This document shows, in pieces, positions 10,329-19,718 of a stretch of 64,000 nt of DNA. The stretch is taken from contig CAWHAE010000012.1 of the NCBI GenBank assembly GCA_963827235.1, positions 896,001-960,000 on the forward strand. The letters are read 5' to 3'. The DNA is from an uncultured bacterium. Lineage in GTDB: Bacteria; Chloroflexota; UBA5177; JANWHV01. The notes under the pieces were generated by a model. The model saw only the letters and a program-made list of their open reading frames with translations. It did no database searches and was not told the origin of the DNA. Position 1 is the stretch's first letter; every line of letters starts with the position of its first letter. A program made the position numbers and the translations under genes.

Positions 10329-10418
10329 CGGAAATCTTCTCGGAAACCTCTGCCAATCCGTTGACATGGAGCAGTTTCTGTGCTACTGTCCGTAAAGAAA
10401 ACCGGAAATCATTGGCGG
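10329..10418 (+). promoter_or_regulatory. Sigma70 promoter of the ABC operon flanked by CGGAAA operator-like half-sites
   Basis: TTGACA(10361)-17 nt-TACTGT(10384) with a TG extension; CGGAAA at about 10329, 10341 and 10403. Confidence 0.7.
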
Positions 10419-10645
10419 AGGATTTGCAGTCCCGGTTGGCACGCGCCGCTCGAAGGCCGGGTAGCGGCCGCGCGCCAGATCGCAAAGAGGAAGGGAGGGC
10501 ATGCAGGCACCCAGCCAGAGAGCGGTCCGGCTCGCCGGCGTGAATCCGGCATTCTCTCCAGGCCTTTCGGCAGGGAAGGTGCGGGCTTTTCCACGGGCAC
10601 CGCAGCAGACGGCAGCAGCGCCGTCTTGTAAGGAGTAGGGATCAC

Positions 10646-12361
10646 ATGAAGCTTACGATACCTGGGTGGGCTTGGCGATCCGCGGTCGCGGCGGCATTGG
10701 TCGCCGGCGTCGCGCTGGCGCCCATGTCCACGCACGCGGCGCGGCAGAGCGCCGCCGCCAGCCCGATCTACTTGACTTCCTATTCGCAGACCCATACGAC
10801 CTTCGTCCGCAACTTCAACCCGTTCCAGCCGGCAGCATACCTGGACTTCACGCAGGGAGCCATCTACGAGCCGCTGATGATCGTGACCACCGCCGGCATC
10901 GGTCACGTCTACCCGTGGCTGGCTACCGGCTATGCGTGGTCAAATGGGAACAAGACGCTGACCTTCACCATTCGCCAGAACGTGAAGTGGTCGGACGGTC
11001 TTCCGCTCACCGCGGCCGACGTGGCGTTCAGCTATGACTACGGCAAGACGCATCCCGCGGCAGATCTCACGGGATTGTGGGGAGGCAAGCAGCTCGTCAG
11101 CGTGCAGCAGGCGGGAACCGACAAGGTGGCCCTCAACTTCGCCACGGTCAACACGCTGGTGCTCCGGCAGGCAGCCTCTCTCATCGTGATCATTCCGCAG
11201 CACATCTGGGCGAATGTCAGCAATCCAGCCGCCTACGATAACCAGGATCCGGTCGGCTCCGGTCCGTTTACCCAGGTAGTCAGCTTCTCGCCCCAGGAAT
11301 TCATCCTGGGCAAGAATCCGTACTACTGGCAGAAGCTCACCTACGATGGGATCAAGGTGCCCGCTGTGCCGAGCAACGACGTTGCGCTGGCCGCCATGAC
11401 CCATCATGAGCTCGACTGGACGGGAGACTTCTTCCCCGGCATCCAGAAGTCGTACGTGGCCAAGGATCCCACGCACTTCCATTACTTCTACGCCGCGAAC
11501 AACACGCCGCTCTCTCTGTACTTCAACGACACCGTGTATCCCTTCAGCTTGGTTGCTTTCCGTCAGGCCGTGAGCCTGGCCATCAATCGCCAGAAGGTCT
11601 CCACGATCGGTGAGAACGGCTATCTTCCCCCCGCGGATGCAATCGGCGTCGCGGGCGCGTGGCCGAGCTGGGCCGACCCGAGCCTGAGCGCTCAGGCCAA
11701 GGCCATGGCAACGTATAGCCCCGACAAGGCCAAGAGCGTGCTGAAGAGCGCCGGCTTCACCTGGGACGGCAGCGGCAATCTGATCGACCCGAAGGGTGCC
11801 AAGGTCTCGTTCGTGCTCGAGTGCCCCGCCGGATGGTCCGACTGGATTCTTTCCTATCAGCTCATGCAGAAAGACCTTCAGGCCATCGGCATGAACGTCA
11901 CCATCAAGCAGGTGGATCAGAACGGATTCTTCTCGGCCCGCTCGGCCGGAACCATCCAGGGTGGCTGGTTCTTCACCCAGCAGCAGGGCCTCACGCCCTA
12001 CGAGATGTTCAACAGCTCAATCTCCGCGGAGTCGTATCAGCCGACGGGAGTGGACGAGATCGCGCACGGATTCTGGAACGAGGAGCGTTTCACCGGAGCC
12101 GCCGCGCAGCAGGCTTCCGCGCTGCTGGCCAAGTTCCGCACCACCGCCGACGTAGCGACCCAGCACTCCCTGGCTGACGAGCTACAGAAGATCTGGCTGG
12201 ACAACCTGCCGGTCGTGAATGTCCTGTACATTGCCAACTGGTATACGTACAGCACCGACCACTTCACCGGGTTCCCGGACGCCAACAACTTCTACGCCAA
12301 CGGCTCGACCTACCTCTACCCTGACAACTTGAAGATCCTGATGAGCATCAAGCCCGTCTGA
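10646..12361 (+). CDS. ABC family-5 (Opp/Dpp-type) substrate-binding protein, probably for oligosaccharides
   Basis: Signal peptide; RNFNPF, IYEPL, PWLA, KWSDG..TAADV, PVGSGPF, CPAGWSDW. Substrate inferred from the glycosidase/LacI context. Confidence 0.9.
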   Translation: MKLTIPGWAWRSAVAAALVAGVALAPMSTHAARQSAAASPIYLTSYSQTHTTFVRNFNPFQPAAYLDFTQGAIYEPLMIVTTAGIGHVYPWLATGYAWSNGNKTLTFTIRQNVKWSDGLPLTAADVAFSYDYGKTHPAADLTGLWGGKQLVSVQQAGTDKVALNFATVNTLVLRQAASLIVIIPQHIWANVSNPAAYDNQDPVGSGPFTQVVSFSPQEFILGKNPYYWQKLTYDGIKVPAVPSNDVALAAMTHHELDWTGDFFPGIQKSYVAKDPTHFHYFYAANNTPLSLYFNDTVYPFSLVAFRQAVSLAINRQKVSTIGENGYLPPADAIGVAGAWPSWADPSLSAQAKAMATYSPDKAKSVLKSAGFTWDGSGNLIDPKGAKVSFVLECPAGWSDWILSYQLMQKDLQAIGMNVTIKQVDQNGFFSARSAGTIQGGWFFTQQQGLTPYEMFNSSISAESYQPTGVDEIAHGFWNEERFTGAAAQQASALLAKFRTTADVATQHSLADELQKIWLDNLPVVNVLYIANWYTYSTDHFTGFPDANNFYANGSTYLYPDNLKILMSIKPV

Positions 12362-12384
12362 GGAACGCGAGTCCTGGCGAGCGG

Positions 12385-12413
12385 GTGCCGGCCGGAATCC
12401 CTCCGGCCGGCAC
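12385..12413 (+). terminator. Intercistronic hairpin (mRNA stabiliser or attenuator) after the binding-protein gene
   Basis: 12-bp perfect stem GTGCCGGCCGGA-atccc-TCCGGCCGGCAC. Confidence 0.7.
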
Positions 12414-12458
12414 TCCTCTTCGGCAGGCTGAGCTACCTACAGAGACAGAGAGCGGCGC

Positions 12459-13442
12459 ATGCAGTATCTTGCTCGGCGGCTCGTCTTCTACCTCGTAGCG
12501 TTTTGGTCCGGTATCACGCTCAACTTCTTCCTGCCCAGAATGCTGCCCGGCAACCCGTTCGACGCCTTCGAGGTCAAGTTTCAGAATCAGCTCGCCACGA
12601 ACCCGCACATGCTGGATTCGTTGCGCGCGGAGTTCGATACGGCGCACGGCTCGCTGCTCTCACAGTACTGGCAGTACCTGGTCAATCTCGCTCACCTGGA
12701 CTTCGGCGTCTCGTACAGCCAGTACCCAACCTCCGTCAACACCATTATCGGCACGGCCCTGCCCTACACGCTGCTCCTGGCCGGCCTATCGACCTTGCTT
12801 GCCTTCCTGATCGGCTCCATGCTGGGAATCGTCACCGCCTGGCGACGGGGAAGTCCGGTCGACACGGTGCTGACCCCCTTTACCATGTTTCTGCAATCCT
12901 TTCCTCCCTTTTTTGTTGCCCTGCTGATCCTCTACTGGTTCGGCGTGGACCTCGGCTGGTTCCCGTTGAGCCGCGCCTACGGCGACACGGTCAGCCCCGG
13001 CTGGAGCTTCTCGTTCATCCTCAATCTGGCCGACCACTGCGTCATGCCGCTCGCGGCGCTCTTGATCTCCAGCGTGGGCGGCTGGTTGTTCGGCATGCGT
13101 AACGTGATGATCAACATTCTCACCGACGACTTCATCGTGATGGCCGAGGCCAAGGGCCTTAAGACCCGCCGCGTGATGATGATGTACGCGGCGCGCAACG
13201 CTCTGCTGCCGCAGATCACGAGCTTTGCCATCACCCTGGGCTACGCCGTCACCAGTCTGATCCTGATCGAATGGGTATTCGGCTATCCGGGACTCGGTTT
13301 CACGCTGGTAAACGCCGTGGTGAGCGAGGACTATTCCATGATGCAGGCGCTCTTCTTCATCATCGTCGTGGGCATGCTCCTGGCCAATCTGATTGCCGAC
13401 CTGCTCTACGCGCGTCTCGATCCGCGCGCCCGAAGCTCGTAG
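12459..13442 (+). CDS. ABC permease, OppB/DppB-type
   Basis: YLARRL..NFFLPRMLPGNP, AEAKGL, RNALLPQ, ends LDPR. Confidence 0.93.
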   Translation: MQYLARRLVFYLVAFWSGITLNFFLPRMLPGNPFDAFEVKFQNQLATNPHMLDSLRAEFDTAHGSLLSQYWQYLVNLAHLDFGVSYSQYPTSVNTIIGTALPYTLLLAGLSTLLAFLIGSMLGIVTAWRRGSPVDTVLTPFTMFLQSFPPFFVALLILYWFGVDLGWFPLSRAYGDTVSPGWSFSFILNLADHCVMPLAALLISSVGGWLFGMRNVMINILTDDFIVMAEAKGLKTRRVMMMYAARNALLPQITSFAITLGYAVTSLILIEWVFGYPGLGFTLVNAVVSEDYSMMQALFFIIVVGMLLANLIADLLYARLDPRARSS

Positions 13443-13454
13443 GGGCCGGGAGCG

Positions 13455-14465
13455 ATGGAGCTGGACACGTTGCGACGGCCGGGCGGCGAACGCTCGAGCA
13501 ATTCAGGGAACGGCACACCGCCGCCATCCGCGGGCGCGTCACCGGCCCCTGCGAGGCAACGCTTACGCCCGGCGCTACCGGACTGGCTGGGATTGTTCGC
13601 CAGCAACAGGCTGGCAGTGGCCGGCTGCGCCTTGCTTGCCGTCATTGTCCTGGCATGCGTCTTCGCGCCGCTGTTCGCGCCCTACGCGAACACCACGATC
13701 GGCACCGTCGACGCGTCCCTCTCACCTTCATGGTCGCATCCCTTCGGCACCAACCAGCCCGGCGAGGACATCTTCGCCCAGGTATTGTGGGGCGGTCGTT
13801 TCAGCCTGACGGTCGCGGTGCTCGCCGGGCTGCTTACCACCGTGCTCGCCACCGTCGTCGGCATGACCGCGGGCTACATTGGCGGTTGGGTGGACGATCT
13901 CCTCGGCATGATCATGAACGTCTTCCTCGTCGTGCCGCAGCTCGTGCTGCTAATCATCATCACAAGCTACGCGCCGGCCAGCGCCAACAACCTCGAGGGC
14001 GACGCCGTGAAGATGATTCTTGTGATCGGCATCACCGGCTGGGCCTGGGGTGGCCGCGTTCTGCGGGCGCAGACGCTCTCGCTCAAGAATCGCGACTACG
14101 TGCTGGCGTCGAAGGTCGCCGGCGAATCGACGCCGAGGATCATCTTCGCCGAAGTGTTGCCCAACATGATCAGCCTGATGGCCAACACCTTTATCATGTC
14201 CGCCCTCGGGGCGATCATCACGGAGGCCGGCCTGGAGTTTCTGGGATTGGGCGACGTCAGCAACATTACGTGGGGCGTCATGCTTCACCAGGCGCAGACC
14301 GGCGCCTCGCTCGCGGTCGGCGAGTGGTGGGACTTCACGGCGCCCGGGCTGGCAATCGCCCTCACCGCGGCCGCCCTGATGCTGATCAACAACGGCGTCG
14401 ACGTGATCAGCAATCCGAAGCTGCGCACGATGCGGGTGCCGCGGGAATCGGGCGCTCGAAGGTAG
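13455..14465 (+). CDS. ABC permease, OppC/DppC-type
   Basis: HPFGTNQPGEDIF, GRFSL, EVLPN, ends NPKLR. Confidence 0.93.
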   Translation: MELDTLRRPGGERSSNSGNGTPPPSAGASPAPARQRLRPALPDWLGLFASNRLAVAGCALLAVIVLACVFAPLFAPYANTTIGTVDASLSPSWSHPFGTNQPGEDIFAQVLWGGRFSLTVAVLAGLLTTVLATVVGMTAGYIGGWVDDLLGMIMNVFLVVPQLVLLIIITSYAPASANNLEGDAVKMILVIGITGWAWGGRVLRAQTLSLKNRDYVLASKVAGESTPRIIFAEVLPNMISLMANTFIMSALGAIITEAGLEFLGLGDVSNITWGVMLHQAQTGASLAVGEWWDFTAPGLAIALTAAALMLINNGVDVISNPKLRTMRVPRESGARR

Positions 14466-14613
14466 TCGGCACGAATAATGCTTCCGGAGCTGACCGCTGC
14501 AACGGTACAGTGCGCTCGCCGGCGCCCACCAGGGCCCAGACAGACCGCACGTCTAGGCCACGCGACTCCGCGCCGAAACCGTGTCACTCTCCTGCGCGGT
14601 TGGGCGGAGGCAG

Positions 14614-15261
14614 TCAGGCGCCCGCCGACCTCCGAGCCAGCTGCAGGTGCCGGCGCACGTAGAGCACCACCAAGACGACCACGGCGACGATGATCAACAC
14701 GTCGAAGCGGTGGATCCAGTTGCCCACGTCGGTCCAGTGCTCTCCCAGCTTGCGGCCAATCAGAGCGAGCACCGTACACCAGGTCAGGGAGCCGGCGGCA
14801 GTAAACACCACGAAACGGGTGAAGCTCATGTGGGCGATACCGGCCGGCAGCGAGACATATGCTCGCACGACCGGGAGCAGCCTGCCGACGAAGATCGTGA
14901 TGTCGCCGCGCTTGGCGAAGAAGGCGTCCGCTCGCTCGGCATCGTGACGAGAGATCAGTACGTAGCGACCGTACTTGAGCAGCAGCTCGCGGCCGCCGGT
15001 AGCGCCGATGTAGTAGGCGATGCTCGCCCCGATGATCTCACCACACGTGCCACACAGTATGACCGTGAGCAGGTTGAACGTGTGATCGATCTTGAGGGTC
15101 GCCGCCATGCCCGAGGCAGTGGCAGCTCCCGCCAGGGGGATGACCAGCTCGCTGGGAAGGGGAATCAGGCAGCTCTCGATGATCGTGGCGATCAGAATGC
15201 CGCCGTAGCCTACGTTGTTGAACAGGTAGCTGACGAAATCTTGTAGCACGATCTCCTCCAA
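14614..15261 (-). CDS. DedA family membrane protein
   Basis: IESCLIPLPSELV, YYIG..GGR, GRLLPVVRAYVSLPAG. Confidence 0.93.
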   Translation of the reverse strand: MEEIVLQDFVSYLFNNVGYGGILIATIIESCLIPLPSELVIPLAGAATASGMAATLKIDHTFNLLTVILCGTCGEIIGASIAYYIGATGGRELLLKYGRYVLISRHDAERADAFFAKRGDITIFVGRLLPVVRAYVSLPAGIAHMSFTRFVVFTAAGSLTWCTVLALIGRKLGEHWTDVGNWIHRFDVLIIVAVVVLVVLYVRRHLQLARRSAGA

Positions 15262-15346
15262 TCGCTAGTATACCGGCTGATCAGCTTCCCACATTCCAGT
15301 CCCCATAGCTCCTCCGGATTCTCAATCCTCACCTATACTTAGAACC

Positions 15347-16099
15347 GTGAATGCTCTCACTCGCTTCGAAAACCTGATGGAGTCGTTGGTCGAGCGCGGC
15401 TTCGCGCGGTTGCTGCGCACGCGCATGCAGCCGGTCGAAGTGGCCAAGCGCCTGTCGCGGGAAATGGAAGCGCATCGCACCGTCGCCATCAATCACGTGC
15501 TCGTGCCCAACCGCTACGTCGCCACGCTCAGCGCCAAGGACTACGAACAGTTCGTATCCATCCAGGCCACGCTGCAGAAGGAGATGGCAAAGTATCTGCT
15601 GGAATATGCCGCGGAGCGCTCGTACACGATCCCGGGCACTCCGACGGTGGAGTTCGAGCGCGACGAGCGCCTGCACCCGGGGAGCTTCCGCGTGAAGTGC
15701 CGCATGGAGGATCCGGCGGACGACGAAGTGGGCACGTCGCCGTTGCACCCGACGCAGCTCATGCCCGAGCCCGAACCGGCCGTGCAGTCCCAGACGTCGA
15801 CTCCACCGGCCGGCCGCGCCAGGCTCGATCTGCAGGGCGCCTCGTGCTATATAGACGTCGACCTGGCCTCGATCGGCAGGGGGCTGGACAACGACGTCGT
15901 CGTGGAGGATCCCAGGGTATCCCGGCACCACGCGCGGCTGCAGCGGGGCGTCCGTGGCTGGGAGCTCACCGACCTAGGCAGCACGAACGGCAGCTTCGTC
16001 AACGGAAAGCGCGTCAGCCGATCGCCTGTTGGGAATGGCGATGCCGTTTCGCTCGGTGGGCTGGAGATGAAGTTCTTCGTGGAGACGACCAGGCGGTGA
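15347..16099 (+). CDS. fhaA: FhaA-like protein (DUF3662 + FHA)
   Basis: RFENLMESLVE..QPVEVAKRL..VPNRY; FHA motifs IGR, VSRHHA, DLGSTNG. Confidence 0.9.
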   Translation: MNALTRFENLMESLVERGFARLLRTRMQPVEVAKRLSREMEAHRTVAINHVLVPNRYVATLSAKDYEQFVSIQATLQKEMAKYLLEYAAERSYTIPGTPTVEFERDERLHPGSFRVKCRMEDPADDEVGTSPLHPTQLMPEPEPAVQSQTSTPPAGRARLDLQGASCYIDVDLASIGRGLDNDVVVEDPRVSRHHARLQRGVRGWELTDLGSTNGSFVNGKRVSRSPVGNGDAVSLGGLEMKFFVETTRR

Positions 16100-16548
16100 G
16101 CTTCGAAGTCGTCGTGCTCGCGGCACGCCTGGCCCTCGTCGGCGTGCTCTACGTCTTCCTTTTCATCGTGGTGCGAATGCTCTACCGCGACCTGCGGTCG
16201 GTCGGCCGGCCCTCAATCGCCGGGCAACCCGTGCGCACCACCGGTACACCGCATCTCACCGTGCTCGCGGCCGGCAAGACGCGGTACGCGGCAGGGAAAA
16301 CGCTTCGCGTGCGAAGCCCGCTGTTGCTCGGCCGCGACCCCGCCTGCGACGTTCCGGTCGAGGATGACTGGGTCTCCGGCCAGCATCTGCGCATCTTGCA
16401 GACGTCCACCGGCTGGCAGGCTCAGGATCTGAACAGCACGAACGGTACGCGGATCAACAACGTGCGCATTCGCGGCACAGTCGTGCTGAAACACGGCGAC
16501 GTGCTCGACATGGGGCGCTTTCGTGTGCGCTTTACTTTTGAAGACTGA
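16096..16548 (+). CDS. FhaB/FipA-like membrane-anchored FHA protein
   Basis: GTGA overlap with fhaA; N-terminal TM; LGR, VSGQH, DLNSTNGT. Confidence 0.88.
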   Translation: MSFEVVVLAARLALVGVLYVFLFIVVRMLYRDLRSVGRPSIAGQPVRTTGTPHLTVLAAGKTRYAAGKTLRVRSPLLLGRDPACDVPVEDDWVSGQHLRILQTSTGWQAQDLNSTNGTRINNVRIRGTVVLKHGDVLDMGRFRVRFTFED

Positions 16549-16701
16549 ACAGGCGGCACCACGTGCCTCGCAGGCAGGTGCGCTACTCGGGTCGGCGGGC
16601 AGGGCACGTGCATGGAGCACCATGCGCTGTCGCGGCCGCCGAATCACGCCTGGGATGTGGCGCGGTCGTGCCGCGGCCGGCCAGGCGACCGGACGGCAGC
16701 A

Positions 16702-17991
16702 GTGACGCGGCCGCCCGTGTCGCATGCGCGCCGGACGGAGTACGGACTTCTGCTGGTCGTAGGTGCCTTCCTGGCCATCGGCTGCTGGCTGCTGGTGGTC
16801 AACCAGCCGTCGCTGCCGGCGTCAAAGACCGTGCAGCAACTCGCCGCCCTGCTCGGCTTGTTCGCCATCGCCAGTCTCTTTCTGAGCTGGCGGCTACCGG
16901 GCGCCGACCAGGTCGTATTGCCCGTTGTAGCGCTGCTCTCTGCCATCGGCATGCTGTCCATTCGACGCCTGGGCGCCGACGCGCAGTACGCGGGTTACGC
17001 GGAGCGGCAGGTGCTATGGGTCGCCGTCGGCATGGTCGTGTTCGCCGCCACGATCGTGCTCGTGCCGCGCCTCGACGACCTACGGCGCTACAAGTACACG
17101 GCGGCGGCGCTGGGCTTCCTCCTCATCCTGGGCACGATCCGCTTTGGTGTCGACATAACCGGCGGGCCCTATCGGCGATGGTTCGGCTTCCACGGCGTCT
17201 ATTTCCAGCCGGTGGAGATCCTGAAGATCCTGGTCGTCGTGTTCTATGCCGCCTATCTGGACGAGAAGCGCGAGGTGCTTACCCAGGCGGACTTTCGCTT
17301 CGGGCGCCTGCGGCTGCCTCCCCTGCAGTACCTGGGCCCGCTCTTCCTCACCTGGCTATTGTCCCTGCTCCTGCTGACCTTCCAGAACGACCTGGGCAGC
17401 GCGCTGCTGTTCTTCGGTATCTTCCTGGCCATGCTGTACGTGGCAAGCGAGCGGCGCATCTACACCTGGATAGGGCTGGGCGTCTTCGCCGCCGGCGTCG
17501 TTCTGGCTTTCCGGCTCTTTCCGCATGTGCGCCAGCGCGCCGACATCTGGCTGGATCCGTGGCGTTACGCGCACGACCAGGCCTTCCAGGTCGTGCAAGG
17601 ACTGATCGCGCTCGGCAGCGGGGGCGTGCTGGGCAGCGGCCTGGGTCAGGGCCATCCGGGGTACGTTCCGGTCGCGAACACCGACTTCATTTTCACCAGT
17701 ATCGGCGAGGAGTTCGGACTGATCGGCGGCCTGGCCATCCTCGCGCTCTTCCTCGTGCTCACTTTCCGAGGCCTGCGCATCGCCACCGTCGCCCGCGATC
17801 CGTTCGAGGGACTACTTGCCGTCGGGCTGACCAGCACGCTGGCTATCCAGGCGCTCGTGATCATCGGCGGCAACCTTCGCTTGATGCCCCTGACCGGCGT
17901 CACTCTGCCGTTTATGAGCTACGGGGGCAGCTCGCTGCTGGCAAACTTCATGGTCATAGGCCTGCTGTTGAGGATTAGCACGCATGACTGA
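16702..17991 (+). CDS. rodA: SEDS protein RodA/FtsW
   Basis: FQPVE..K, QNDLG, WLDPW, TDFIF...EEFG, PLTGVTLPFMSYGGSSL. Start uncertain (16612-16702). Confidence 0.92.
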   Translation: MTRPPVSHARRTEYGLLLVVGAFLAIGCWLLVVNQPSLPASKTVQQLAALLGLFAIASLFLSWRLPGADQVVLPVVALLSAIGMLSIRRLGADAQYAGYAERQVLWVAVGMVVFAATIVLVPRLDDLRRYKYTAAALGFLLILGTIRFGVDITGGPYRRWFGFHGVYFQPVEILKILVVVFYAAYLDEKREVLTQADFRFGRLRLPPLQYLGPLFLTWLLSLLLLTFQNDLGSALLFFGIFLAMLYVASERRIYTWIGLGVFAAGVVLAFRLFPHVRQRADIWLDPWRYAHDQAFQVVQGLIALGSGGVLGSGLGQGHPGYVPVANTDFIFTSIGEEFGLIGGLAILALFLVLTFRGLRIATVARDPFEGLLAVGLTSTLAIQALVIIGGNLRLMPLTGVTLPFMSYGGSSLLANFMVIGLLLRISTHD

Positions 17992-19435
17992 CATCGACGG
18001 TGCCGGGAAGCGACTGCGCAAGCTCGCGCTGTTCTTTGTCGTCTTCTACTTCATCCTCTCGGGCTTGCTGGTTTACTGGCAGGTAGTACGCGCTCCGAAC
18101 CTCGTGGATCGACCCGACGACCCGCGACTGTACGCCGCTCGCCTGGCAGTACACCGGGGGACGATCGTCGACCGCCGGGGCACCGTGGTCGAGCAAACCA
18201 CGTTCCAGGATGGCAATCCCGTGCGATCGCTCTACGACTCCTCGCTCAGCCCGGTGATCGGCTACCACAGCCAGCAGTACGATAACTCCGGCCTGGAATC
18301 CACCTATAACGACTATCTGAACGGCGACGCGGCCAGCCAACCTCTGGACAACACCGTCCGGCGCATTCTTCACCAACCCGTGCTTGGCGACACACTGCAG
18401 CTGACCATCGACGATCGCATCCAGAAAATAGCCGATGCCGCCCTTGGCGACGGTGCCGGCGTGGCTCTGGTGGCCGATCCACGCAACGGGCAGATCCTGG
18501 CTATGGTCAGCAAGCCGTCTTTCAACGCCTCGCGCATCGACGAGCCGGGATACTGGTCGTCGCTGCAGACGAGTGACGGGCGGCTGTTGAATCGCGCCCT
18601 GGAAGGCCTGTACCCCCCGGGCTCGGTGTTCAAGACGGTCACGCTGGCCACGGCACTCAGCGATCGGGCCTACACGCTACAATCCATTTTCGCGGGTGCC
18701 GACGCCACGGGCCCCCTGTTCTTCGGCGGCTCCGAGCTCACGAGCTCGGCCAGCAACCTTCCGCCCGGCGTGCAGCGAGTGACGCTGACCGACGCCTTCA
18801 AGTACAGCGACAATATCGTCTTTGCCAATGTGGGACTGAAGCTGGGTGGGAAGGCCCTGGTTGACGGGGCGGCCCAGTTCGGCATCGGCCAGGCCGTGCC
18901 GTTCGATCTGCCGGTGAGTACCAGCCACGTGACCACGAGCACCGGCACGCTGAACCAGTACAACGTGGCCGCGAGCGCCTTCGGCCAGGCGGGGGTGGAG
19001 GTGACTCCGCTGCAGGTTCTCATGGTGGACGAGGCCATCGCAAACCACGGCACGATCATGCGCCCCACCATCGTGCAGCGCGTCCGCGCGCCCAGCGGCG
19101 AGATCCTGGTGGACAACACGCAGCAGGTCTGGCAGCAAGCGCTCGATCCGGGCGTCGCGCAGGAGGTAGCGCAAGCCATGATCAACGCGGTCAACGGTGC
19201 CGGCGCCAGCGGCTACGCCGCGCGGTTGCCCGGCGTGGTCGTGGCCGGCAAGACCGGCACCGCGCAGGTGGGCGGCGCGAATTCGCTCCCCCATGCGTGG
19301 TTCATGGCCTTCGCTCCCGCCGATCAGCCGCGGCTGGCGGTCGTCGTGCTCAAGGAGCACGGCGGCGAAGGCAGCGCGGTCGCCGCGCCCATCGCCGGGC
19401 AGATCCTTGCCGAGGCGCTGCCACTCTACCACTGA
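17984..19435 (+). CDS. pbpA: Class B penicillin-binding protein PbpA
   Basis: PPGSVFK (SxxK), YSDN (SxN), GKTGT; coupled to rodA. Confidence 0.92.
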   Translation: MTDIDGAGKRLRKLALFFVVFYFILSGLLVYWQVVRAPNLVDRPDDPRLYAARLAVHRGTIVDRRGTVVEQTTFQDGNPVRSLYDSSLSPVIGYHSQQYDNSGLESTYNDYLNGDAASQPLDNTVRRILHQPVLGDTLQLTIDDRIQKIADAALGDGAGVALVADPRNGQILAMVSKPSFNASRIDEPGYWSSLQTSDGRLLNRALEGLYPPGSVFKTVTLATALSDRAYTLQSIFAGADATGPLFFGGSELTSSASNLPPGVQRVTLTDAFKYSDNIVFANVGLKLGGKALVDGAAQFGIGQAVPFDLPVSTSHVTTSTGTLNQYNVAASAFGQAGVEVTPLQVLMVDEAIANHGTIMRPTIVQRVRAPSGEILVDNTQQVWQQALDPGVAQEVAQAMINAVNGAGASGYAARLPGVVVAGKTGTAQVGGANSLPHAWFMAFAPADQPRLAVVVLKEHGGEGSAVAAPIAGQILAEALPLYH

Positions 19436-19718
19436 TCGTGGCGCAGCGGACCCTGTGGGCTGCGAAGAGCACTGGCATCCGGATGGACGTGACGGGCGAA
19501 CCCGGCAGGCAGTACTATGGCCATTGGGCCGGCGTCGGCCCGCCAGGCGCGCGGACGCGAGGCTGCTGCCGCGCCGCGGGCAGGAGCGAATCGAGTGCGT
19601 CCACCATGGTGCAGGCGGACGTAGGGCAAATGCCGGCAGGGTGCAGACACCCCCGGCGGGTACGGGCCGTGTCGACCGCACGGACTCTGGTTTAGTCGAC
19701 GGGATCGCGCAAATATCG

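Noticed and set aside
19436-19718. GGGCAAA segment suggesting a c-di-GMP-I riboswitch
   Set aside because: It lacks the GNRA-capped P2 stem and the downstream GCAAAG element.
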